Positions 57,501-64,000 of a stretch of 64,000 nt of DNA are shown here, in pieces. Position 1 is the stretch's first letter; each line of letters starts with the position of its first letter. The translations under genes were made by a program, and so were the position numbers. Source of the DNA: Pseudomonadota bacterium (GTDB lineage Bacteria > Pseudomonadota > Alphaproteobacteria > Rhodobacterales > Rhodobacteraceae); the NCBI GenBank assembly GCA_039030715.1, contig JBCCDU010000006.1:6331-70330 (forward strand), written 5' to 3'. A model generated the notes under the pieces. It did not search any database, was not told where the DNA came from, and worked only from the letters and a program-made list of their open reading frames with translations.

Positions 57501-57671
57501 GATACGCCCGGCCCAGCCGCCATCCTGGAAAACCCAACCCTGATCATTGGGCGCGTTCAGATCCTGCGGAATCTCGGTAGTCTGAATCGCATCGATAACA
57601 GTGCCGAGTTCGAACCGGATCTGAACGACATCGGAGGCCACGAACGAAACCTCAGCGGCAGTATGATCCAT
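54516..57671 (-). CDS. GH9-family glycoside hydrolase with N-terminal Ig-like domain, RTX repeats and serralysin-type C-terminal domain
   Basis: VHVNLTGF...KVAYLS (CelD_N-like), FYHQRSG, GGWHDAGD, LGANP and TEYTV; many GGxGxD repeats; C-terminal IDLSRIDAD...DFIL. Start set at 57671. Confidence 0.85.
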   Translation of the reverse strand: MDHTAAEVSFVASDVVQIRFELGTVIDAIQTTEIPQDLNAPNDQGWVFQDGGWAGRIGGRDQEYWTPVDDFQASPLAGIFAREDVGGVLRADADLLSNWTVRINGQVVGIEGVSRKSNILDTAETGWFTFDFRTAENMFLDLDRDLAPGDRVTISFDDQAFETLAARFQPTQMISEAVHVNLTGFDPDDGVKVAYLSSWNGWDIEAQASVPQDYAPGTRFRVIDEATGQAVKTGQIELSKALDETTNFSLNFQGTDVWKMDFSDITAEGSYHILVDGVGRSQSFDISETHWGEVFDVSFSGFYHQRSGIALEEDFTDFVRPRSLHPKDGVTVQQSTVKLSDTSEGGGDISFQDLLPGSGTGEILPDAWGGWHDAGDFDRRTQHVETSRRLIELVELSPEFAEARDGRIPEAGDEIPDLVDEALWNLDLFRRLQKDDGGVPGGIEQASYPAYGQGSWAETEEIFAYAPEAWTSWEYAAGAAKAAHILQTYDPGQVAVWRESAVRAMEWAEANTPADLADQPAWVTARNIAAAELYRLTGQKKWHDIFLDSTVYDTPDVPNLDWRQHQFEAAFLYARTDRPLVDQRIVENGIGDIQRETTYLELNGTGSAFGFASNPYAPYGWGNTGQQPNFSAQLYVRMHALTDDDAWLRKIEADLQYTLGANPLNMVYMTGLDGLRGPEEILNTDADVLGYGPPPGITIYGDYNIRDYGRQFFHDIMEPAVWPNYFDIPVAESFNGFSVFVPSTEYTVQQGISDMTYVTGYLAAVKGDFGTVAASEGADTLVGTASRDEIYALGGNDEVNGLEGADSLYGGQGNDTLYGDQGGDRLFGQGGNDTLVGGAGADRIDGGAGTDTAGFTDAFGPVRADLAGTVAGAGHAKGDIYLSVENLRGGTRDDQLFGDAEGNMLWGLGGSDRLQGRQGDDRLFGGAGDDTLFGNAGQDQLFGGGGADRFSFFAATDTRLGAIRRDVINDFAAQDVIDLSRIDADAGQAGDQAFAFIGRAAFSGSGAEIRYFIDRGDDYTILQVDMDGDGAQDFQIELAGPITLDEQDFIL
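54820..55345 (-). repeat. RTX nonapeptide repeats in two blocks; boundaries approximate
   Basis: GGQGNDTLY GDQGGDRLF GQGGNDTLV GGAGADRID ... GGAGDDTLF GNAGQDQLF GGGGADRF. Confidence 0.85.
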
Positions 57672-57985
57672 GGCGCGTCCTTCCCCGGGTCTTCGCATAC
57701 AGCACACAGAATGGTGAGCATCTGCATCAGAAAACGGAACTCAACACCCAGTCCGTCGAAGCTACGTACTGGGTGGCTGGCCACGCGAAGAGGGCAGCGC
57801 AAATGTGATCAGTTGCATCCACAGCGCTACCCTGCAAATGTCGGGGATTCATGCGTGTTCCGAAGTCTAGGCAGTGGCATATCTGCCGATCCGGTACCGC
57901 TGACCAAGCAACCTCGCACGATCAAGAATAGCGAGCCGCTCGCACCCTTTCGCGCGTAGGAGGAATTTCGAAAGGCGGGATTGTT

Positions 57986-58062
57986 TGGTGGCGGGGGAGG
58001 GACTCGAACCCTCGACCTCAGGATTATGAGTCCTGCGCTCTAACCAGCTGAGCTACCCAGCC
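57986..58062 (-). tRNA. tRNA with CAT anticodon, most consistent with elongator tRNA-Met
   Basis: 77-nt cloverleaf: D-arm GCTC/GAGC, anticodon arm CAGGA-CTCATAA-TCCTG, T-arm GAGGG-TTCGAGT-CCCTC, encoded CCA. G1-C72 is paired and there are no three G-C pairs in the anticodon stem, so it is not the initiator. Ile2 is not strictly excluded. Confidence 0.93.
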
Positions 58063-58174
58063 GCCGGGGCTGCTTGTAGGCGTGAGGCGCGCTTTTGGTC
58101 AAGCCCCTCCAATCGCTGCGGAAGGCGGATTTCACCGTGGATGACTCGACTCTGGTATGGAGGAGACTTAAATA

Positions 58175-58189
58175 GAACAAAGAATGAAC
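58175..58189 (+). promoter_or_regulatory. Alphaproteobacterial LexA (SOS) box
   Basis: Exact GAAC-N7-GAAC (GAACAAAGAATGAAC) ending 14 nt before the imuB ATG. Confidence 0.85.
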
Positions 58190-58202
58190 ATTAGGGATTT
58201 GC

Positions 58203-59681
58203 ATGTTCGATGGGATGCAGCGCCGCGTTGTCTCGATGTGGTTCCCGCGCCTGGCCAGCGACCGGGCCCTGCGCGCGCGTCCGGTGGAGGGGCCGTTCGC
58301 ACTGACGCTGAAGCAGAACAATGCCAACCGCCTCTATTGTCTGAATGCCAAGGCTGAGCGGCTGAACCTGCATCGCGGCATGTCCTACTCTGACGCGCGC
58401 GCCTTTTGCCCGGATTTGCAAAGCCGGATTGCCGACCCGGTCGCCGATCAGCGGTTTCTGCAGGCGCTGTCGCGCTGGGCCTCGCGCTATTGCCCTTGGA
58501 TCGGGTTTGAGGGAGGGGACGGCTTGGTTCTGGACATCACCGGATCTGCGCATTTGTTCGGGGGAGAGGCCGGGATGCTGGCCGATATCCGTCATCGACT
58601 GGAACGGGCGGGCGTCTCGGTCCAGCTTGGCTTGGGCGATACGCGGGGTGCGGCCTGGGCGCTGGCGCATTTCGATGAGGGGACGGCGCCTATGGGCGAT
58701 ATGCTGGGGGCGATAGGCCGCCTGCCCGTGGCGGCGCTGCGGGTGGGGGAGGAGACCAGCACCGCCCTGCAACGCCTTGGGTTGCGCAAGATTTCCGATC
58801 TGACCATGACCGCCCGCGCGCCGCTCGCCCGGCGTTTCGGGCCCGCCCTGCTGCGGCGGCTGGATCAGGCCCTGGGGGTCGAGCCGGAGGAGATCACTCC
58901 CCTGCCGCTGTCGCCGCATTACGGCGTTCGAATGACATTGCCCGAACCGATTGGTCTGGTGAGCGATGTCATGGCAGGGACGGCACGCCTGCTGGCAAAG
59001 CTTTGCGAGAAGCTGAAAGCGCAGGAGGCGGGGGCGCGCGTGCTCTGCCTGACCCTGCGCCGGGTGGATCAGGACCAGCAGCAGGTCGAGCTGCGCCTGG
59101 CCAGCGCCCAGCGCGACCCACACCGGATCCTGCCGCTGTTCGAGCGAGGAGTGAACCAGGTTGATGCGGGGTTCGGCATCGACCAATTGCGGCTGGAGGC
59201 AGTGGAGGTCGAAGACCTGCCGGTGCGCCAGATCAGTCATGTCTCGACCGGTGCCAAGGATCAGTTGGACGATCTGATCACCCGGATCGGCACGCGGATC
59301 GGGTTGGAGCATGTGCTGCGCTATCTGCCCGCAGAGAGTCATATTCCGGAGCGGAGCTTCATCACTGCGCCCGCGGCCTATTCCAAGGCAGAGGGCGTTT
59401 GGGCCTGCCCGCGCCCGCGCCCGCTGCGCCTGTTTCCGCCGGAGGCGATTACAGGCAAGGGCCCCCGCCCACCGCAAACCTTCCGCTGGCGGCGGATGGC
59501 ACTGAGCACGGCGCGCGCCACGGGTCCGGAACGGATCGCGCCCGAATGGTGGCTGGATGACGAAAACTGGCGCTCCGGCGTTCGCGATTACTGGCGGGTC
59601 GAGACCCGGCAGGGCCGCCGGTTGTGGCTGTTCTATACCCCGCAAAACCCGGGCTGGTTCGTGCAGGGGGAATTCGCATGA
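58203..59681 (+). CDS. imuB: ImuB, catalytically inactive Y-family polymerase-like accessory protein
   Basis: RVVSMWFPRL, RYCPWIGFEGGDGLVLDITGSAHLFGGE and C-terminal GPERIAPEWW...RDYWRVE; ATGA-coupled to dnaE2. Confidence 0.92.
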   Translation: MFDGMQRRVVSMWFPRLASDRALRARPVEGPFALTLKQNNANRLYCLNAKAERLNLHRGMSYSDARAFCPDLQSRIADPVADQRFLQALSRWASRYCPWIGFEGGDGLVLDITGSAHLFGGEAGMLADIRHRLERAGVSVQLGLGDTRGAAWALAHFDEGTAPMGDMLGAIGRLPVAALRVGEETSTALQRLGLRKISDLTMTARAPLARRFGPALLRRLDQALGVEPEEITPLPLSPHYGVRMTLPEPIGLVSDVMAGTARLLAKLCEKLKAQEAGARVLCLTLRRVDQDQQQVELRLASAQRDPHRILPLFERGVNQVDAGFGIDQLRLEAVEVEDLPVRQISHVSTGAKDQLDDLITRIGTRIGLEHVLRYLPAESHIPERSFITAPAAYSKAEGVWACPRPRPLRLFPPEAITGKGPRPPQTFRWRRMALSTARATGPERIAPEWWLDDENWRSGVRDYWRVETRQGRRLWLFYTPQNPGWFVQGEFA

Positions 59682-62600
59682 TCGAGGTCAATCGCGTCCA
59701 TCGGCTGGTCGAAGAGCGCCGTCGCAACACTCCGGTGCCCGATGGCCCGGCCTATGCCGAGCTTTGCGTGACCACCAATTTCACCTTCCTGACCGGTGCC
59801 TCGCATCCCGAAGAACTGGTGACGCGGGCGGCGGAACTGGGCCTCTCGGCCATTGCGATCACCGACCGCAACTCGCTGGCGGGTGTGGTACGGGCCTGGT
59901 CGGCATTGAAGGAATTGAAGCGCGAAGCGGAGGAGACCGTGCCCATCCGCTCGCAACATCGCATCGACTCCAGTTCGCGCCAACAGGTTGGCACGCTCAA
60001 CCCCATTGCGAAACCTCAGGTCATGCGCCTGCCCCGGCTGATCGTCGGCTGCCGTCTGGTGCTGCGCCAAGGGGGTGTCGACTGGCTGGCGCTGCCGCGC
60101 GACCGGATGGCTTATGAGCGCCTGACCCGGCTTCTCACCATCGGCAAACGCCGCGCCGGAAAGGGGGAGTGCCATTTGGACCTGAAGGATCTGCTGGAGC
60201 ACGGCAAGGGCATGGTTCTGATCGCCCTGCCCCAAAGCCCGTTGCGGGCCGCGATGGGCGAGATCCAGCGAGTCAGGCGACAATTCCCGGGATATGTGTT
60301 TCTGGGGGCGGCACCGCGCTATGACGGCAGCGATCAGGCCTATCTCAGGGCCTGTGCCCGGCTGGCGCAGAAAACCTCGGCCCCCATGGTCGCCGTGGGC
60401 GATGTGCTGATGCATCATGCCAGGCGCAAGCAACTGGCCGATGTGCTGACTTGCATGCGCGAGCATATCACCATCGACCAGATTGGCCGACGAGCCCTGC
60501 CGAATGCAGAGCGTCGGCTGAAAGGCGCCCGGGACATGACCCGGCTCTACCGCGATCATCCGGGCGCGCTGCGCCGCACGCTGGAGATTGCGGATCGATG
60601 CAGCTTCGATCTCGGCGAACTTTCCTATGAATATCCCGACGAGATCGCAGAGGGCGTGACCCCGCAGATCCGGCTGGAACGGTTGGCGCGGGAAGGGTTG
60701 AAACAACGCTACCCCAAAGGCGCGCCAGACCGGGTGCATGCCCTGATGGAAAAGGAACTCGCACTGGTGCGGGAACTGGGGTTTCCGGCCTATTTCCTGA
60801 CCGTCCATGACATCGTGCAATATGCCCGCGCGCAGGGCATCCTCTGCCAGGGGCGGGGCTCGGCGGCCAATTCGATCCTCTGTTACCTCTTGGGCATCAC
60901 CGATGTGGGGCCGGAACAGATCACCATGGTGTTCGAGCGTTTCGTCTCGAAATACCGCGGCGAGCCGCCGGATATCGACGTGGATTTCGAGCATGAGCGG
61001 CGCGAGGAGGTGATCCAGTGGATCTATGAGAAATACGGTCGCCACCGCGCGGGCCTCTGCGCCACGGTGATCCATTTCCGCTCGCGCGCCGCGATCCGCG
61101 AAGTGGGCAAGGTCATGGGCCTCAGCCAGGACGTGACGACCGGCCTGGCGGGCCAGATCTGGGGCATGTCTGATGGCGGGGCCGCGCCGGAGCAGATCCG
61201 TGAACTGGGCCTCGACCCCGATGACCGGCGCTTGGCCCAGACCATCCGTCTGATCGGCGAGATCATCGGCTTTCCCCGCCATCTCAGCCAGCATGTCGGC
61301 GGGTTCGTCATCACCAAGGGGAGGCTGGACGCGCTCTGCCCCATCGAGAACGCGGCCATGGAGGACCGTACGACCATCGAATGGGACAAGGACGACATCG
61401 ATGCACTGGGTATTCTGAAGGTCGATGTGCTGGGGCTGGGCATGCTGAGCTGCCTGCACAAGGCGTTCGATCTGATGCAGCAACACGAGGGACAGACACT
61501 GACCCTCGACACCATCCCGCCGGACGACAAGGCAACTTACGACATGCTCTGCCGGGCCGATGCGCTCGGGGTCTTCCAGGTGGAAAGCCGGGCACAGATG
61601 AACTTCCTGCCCCGGATGCGACCACGGGTATTTTACGACCTGGTGGTGGAGGTCGCGATCGTACGTCCCGGCCCGATCCAGGGCGGCATGGTACAGCCCT
61701 ATATCAAACGCCGCCAGGGATTGGAGACGGTCGACTATCCGTCGGAGGAACTGCGCGAGGTGATGCACAAAACGCTGGGCGTGCCGCTCTTCCAGGAACA
61801 GGCGATGCAGATCGCCGTGGTCGCGGCGGGCTTCACGCCGGAGGAGGCCGACCGCCTGCGCCGCTCGCTCGCCTCCTTCCGGCGGATGGGCACGATCGGT
61901 GTCTTCCGCGACCGTTTCATCGGGGGCATGCTGGAGAAAGGCTATGATCCCGATTTTGCCGAGCGCTGCTTTGCCCAGATCGAAGGCTTTGCCGATTACG
62001 GCTTTCCCGAAAGCCATGCGGCGGCCTTCGCGCTGCTGGTTTATGTCTCGGCCTGGCTGAAATGCCATCACCCGGCGATCTTTGCCTGTGCGCTGCTGAA
62101 CGCGCAGCCGATGGGCTTCTATGCGCCGGCTCAGATCGTGCGCGATGCCCGCGAACATGGGGTAGAGGTGCGGCCAATCTGCGTAAACGCCAGCACCTGG
62201 GACAACACGCTGGAGCGCCGAGCCGACGGTGCGCTGGCGCTGCGGCTGGGCTTTCGCCAGATCAAGGGGTTCAAGGAGGAGGATGCGGACTGGCTCGTCT
62301 CCGCCCGCGACAATGGGTATCGCGACCCCGAGGCGGTCTGGCTGCGTGCGGGCCTGGCCCCATCCGCACTGGAGCGGCTGGCCGAGGCCGATGCCTTCGC
62401 CGATATGGGTCTTAGCCGGCGCGACGCGCTCTGGCGGGTGAAGGCCATCCGCGGGCAGGCGCCGCTGCCGCTCTTCAACGACCCGATCGATGGGGAAGGC
62501 ATCCACGAGGCCAGCGTCGAACTGCCCGCGATGCATCTGGGCGAGGAGGTGGTTGAGGATTACGTCTCGATGCGCCTGACGCTGAGGGCGCATCCGATGG

Positions 62601-63079
62601 AGTTGCTGCGACCCTCCTTCCCCGGGCTGACCACCCATGACACCCTCGCCACCGTTCCGCTGGGCCGCCATAAAGTCTGCGGGCTGGTCATCACCCGCCA
62701 GCGCCCTGGCACGGCCTCGGGCGTGATCTTCCTGACCCTAGAGGACGAAACCGGCGTCTGCAATGTCGTGGTCTGGCCCAAGGTCTATCAGCGGTTCAGA
62801 AGCATCGTCATGGGCGGGCGGCTGATCCGTGTGACGGGATATTTGCAGCGCGAAGGCATCGTCGTGCATCTGATCGCCCAAAAGATCGAGGACATGTCGC
62901 ACTGCCTGTCCGAACTGGGCCATCCGCTGGGGGAGACAATCGGCGAGACCCAGGCTCAGGCCGACGACGCCCCACGGCCCAAAGCCAATGCTCCTGGGAC
63001 ATTACGCCGAAACCCACCGCGCGCGATGCATCCCCGCGACCAGGCCAAACGCCTGTTCCCCAGCCGGGACTTTCATTGA
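59678..63079 (+). CDS. dnaE2: Error-prone DNA polymerase DnaE2 (ImuC)
   Basis: YAELCVTTNFTFLTGASHPEEL PHP domain, GRGSAANS, PPDIDVD, GFPESHA and C-terminal SRDFH. Start set at 59678. Confidence 0.96.
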   Translation: MIEVNRVHRLVEERRRNTPVPDGPAYAELCVTTNFTFLTGASHPEELVTRAAELGLSAIAITDRNSLAGVVRAWSALKELKREAEETVPIRSQHRIDSSSRQQVGTLNPIAKPQVMRLPRLIVGCRLVLRQGGVDWLALPRDRMAYERLTRLLTIGKRRAGKGECHLDLKDLLEHGKGMVLIALPQSPLRAAMGEIQRVRRQFPGYVFLGAAPRYDGSDQAYLRACARLAQKTSAPMVAVGDVLMHHARRKQLADVLTCMREHITIDQIGRRALPNAERRLKGARDMTRLYRDHPGALRRTLEIADRCSFDLGELSYEYPDEIAEGVTPQIRLERLAREGLKQRYPKGAPDRVHALMEKELALVRELGFPAYFLTVHDIVQYARAQGILCQGRGSAANSILCYLLGITDVGPEQITMVFERFVSKYRGEPPDIDVDFEHERREEVIQWIYEKYGRHRAGLCATVIHFRSRAAIREVGKVMGLSQDVTTGLAGQIWGMSDGGAAPEQIRELGLDPDDRRLAQTIRLIGEIIGFPRHLSQHVGGFVITKGRLDALCPIENAAMEDRTTIEWDKDDIDALGILKVDVLGLGMLSCLHKAFDLMQQHEGQTLTLDTIPPDDKATYDMLCRADALGVFQVESRAQMNFLPRMRPRVFYDLVVEVAIVRPGPIQGGMVQPYIKRRQGLETVDYPSEELREVMHKTLGVPLFQEQAMQIAVVAAGFTPEEADRLRRSLASFRRMGTIGVFRDRFIGGMLEKGYDPDFAERCFAQIEGFADYGFPESHAAAFALLVYVSAWLKCHHPAIFACALLNAQPMGFYAPAQIVRDAREHGVEVRPICVNASTWDNTLERRADGALALRLGFRQIKGFKEEDADWLVSARDNGYRDPEAVWLRAGLAPSALERLAEADAFADMGLSRRDALWRVKAIRGQAPLPLFNDPIDGEGIHEASVELPAMHLGEEVVEDYVSMRLTLRAHPMELLRPSFPGLTTHDTLATVPLGRHKVCGLVITRQRPGTASGVIFLTLEDETGVCNVVVWPKVYQRFRSIVMGGRLIRVTGYLQREGIVVHLIAQKIEDMSHCLSELGHPLGETIGETQAQADDAPRPKANAPGTLRRNPPRAMHPRDQAKRLFPSRDFH

Positions 63080-63103
63080 ACCGGCAAGAGACCGGAGCGG
63101 CTC

Positions 63104-63124
63104 AACAATTGAAACAATTCCCGC
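63104..63124 (+). promoter_or_regulatory. Repeated AT-rich upstream motif, copy 1
   Basis: AACAATTGAAACA is identical to 63870-63882 and lies 94 nt before ATG 63198. Confidence 0.45.
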
Positions 63125-63197
63125 CTGCGCAAGACAACGGGCTGAAATATCCGCGCCATAGCATCTCCTCAGTTCAAGTAACCGATGGAGGCCGATT

Positions 63198-63680
63198 ATG
63201 CAGAACATCGTCACACCGCCCCGGCCCCGCGCTTTGCGTTCGCTGCCCGGTTCGGGCATGGCAATTGTGCTTGCCGTGCATGGGGGCATCATTGGCGCCA
63301 CCGCAGCGGGCTTCGATCTGGATGCCGCGCCGCTCTGGATGGTGCGGCTCCTGATGGGTGCCCTGGCCGCCGAGCTGGTGCGCCGGATGATCTCGGCGCA
63401 CAGGGCGAAAACACGCCTTGAGACGTTGCCGCTGGCCTTCTGGGCCCTGTTCCTGGGCGTCTCCGCCTGGATGGTGGAGACCGGCGCAGTCGCCTGGATC
63501 CTGTTCGGATTGCAAAGCGCTCTCGTTCTGGGGATCGCCCTCGCTACGATCCGTCGCGACGGCATGGGTCCGCTCGGCCTGGGTTGGGAGACCCCCTCGG
63601 CCTGGCGGCCCGGCCTCCATGCGCCCAAACCCCATTTCACCCTGCCGGTTCCGATCCGGCCCCTGCAACCCGCTGTCTGA
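63198..63680 (+). CDS. Hypothetical multi-TM membrane protein
   Basis: 160-aa ORF with SD GGAGG and about four hydrophobic segments. Confidence 0.65.
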   Translation: MQNIVTPPRPRALRSLPGSGMAIVLAVHGGIIGATAAGFDLDAAPLWMVRLLMGALAAELVRRMISAHRAKTRLETLPLAFWALFLGVSAWMVETGAVAWILFGLQSALVLGIALATIRRDGMGPLGLGWETPSAWRPGLHAPKPHFTLPVPIRPLQPAV

Positions 63681-63691
63681 GAGAGGCCCGG

Positions 63692-63841
63692 ATGACCGAT
63701 TTTGTCTTGAACACCCGCCCGATAATCAGCTTGACGGATATGCTGGCAACTGTCGAATTGCCCGATCTGCGCAATGCGATGCCCGTCGTCGCCGCCGTCT
63801 ATGCCATCGCCCTGCCCGTTGCGATCGCACTCGCGTTCTGA
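63692..63841 (+). CDS. Small 49-aa protein with C-terminal TM helix
   Basis: SD GAGAGG before ATG 63692; MTDFVLNTRPIISLTDMLATVELPDLRNAMPVVAAVYAIALPVAIALAF. Confidence 0.55.
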   Translation: MTDFVLNTRPIISLTDMLATVELPDLRNAMPVVAAVYAIALPVAIALAF

Positions 63842-63869
63842 CGGGCAGGATACGCCGAGGATGCGCGGA

Positions 63870-63889
63870 AACAATTGAAACACTTCCGC
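63870..63889 (+). promoter_or_regulatory. Repeated AT-rich upstream motif, copy 2
   Basis: AACAATTGAAACACTTCCGC, 99 nt before ATG 63969. Confidence 0.45.
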
Positions 63890-63968
63890 GCGGCCCTGGA
63901 CATCAAGCCGATACAGATCCGAGGCACATTCGCCCCATCCGATCTACGCCAAACAAGGGAGAGCGCAG

Positions 63969-64000
63969 ATGATCACCGCCACCATGCTTCACATCGCCGC
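63969..64000 (+). CDS. Start of an ORF truncated by the window edge (MITATMLHIA...)
   Basis: SD GGGAGAG upstream; only 10 codons visible. Confidence 0.4.
   Translation, partial: MITATMLHIA

Noticed and set aside
57745-57775. CACCCAGT/ACTGGGTG hairpin in the GH9 leader as a possible riboswitch
   Set aside because: A single hairpin with no recognisable aptamer consensus; cannot be told apart from a terminator or chance structure.
57973-63126. Imperfect inverted repeat AGGCGGGA(A)TTGTTT flanking tRNA-imuB-dnaE2
   Set aside because: Short, contains an indel, no transposase or target duplication, and the right copy is better explained as part of the 63104 motif.
1-64000. CRISPR arrays, IS elements, prophage, rRNA or recognisable anti-phage defence genes
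   Set aside because: No regularly spaced repeat-spacer pattern and no transposase, integrase, phage structural or known defence motifs seen.

Overview
A GC-rich (roughly 65%, by eye) chromosomal segment that looks alphaproteobacterial and Rhodobacteraceae-like. About 50 CDS and one tRNA(CAT); no CRISPR array, transposase, integrase or rRNA seen. From left to right: an sseA/alaX/MscS-family/cysK block interrupted by two unknown genes; a 3-TM cyclic-nucleotide-binding (Popeye-like) gene; an HxlR/MAPEG pair; a B12-dependent radical SAM gene; ETF-QO, tam and DUF3422; cueR divergent from DUF4396 with a MerR-type 19-bp-spacer promoter; a ~14.7 kb minus-strand run for methylated-amine metabolism (XRE-cupin, two LysE, two GcvT-family flavoproteins, homocysteine S-methyltransferase, PLP decarboxylase, non-pyrrolysine MttB, SAM methyltransferase, ADH) with structured intergenic repeats; asparaginase, an ECF sigma factor with no adjacent anti-sigma, ialB, and an HD-domain protein with a PhnZ-like ligand set; a ProVWX-type ABC transporter split by an MCP plus a small partner gene; mntR with a Mn/Zn ABC transporter whose two permeases carry winged-helix-like tails; two large RTX-tailed candidate glycan-active proteins (G8/beta-helix and GH9) beside tRNA-Met; and a LexA-boxed imuB-dnaE2 cassette with no imuA. 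The best leads are the amine cluster with its unusual transporter, HD protein and MCP neighbours, the two RTX enzymes, the Popeye-like and channel-like membrane proteins, and two families of structured repeats. All family assignments come from motif recognition by eye, with no database searches.
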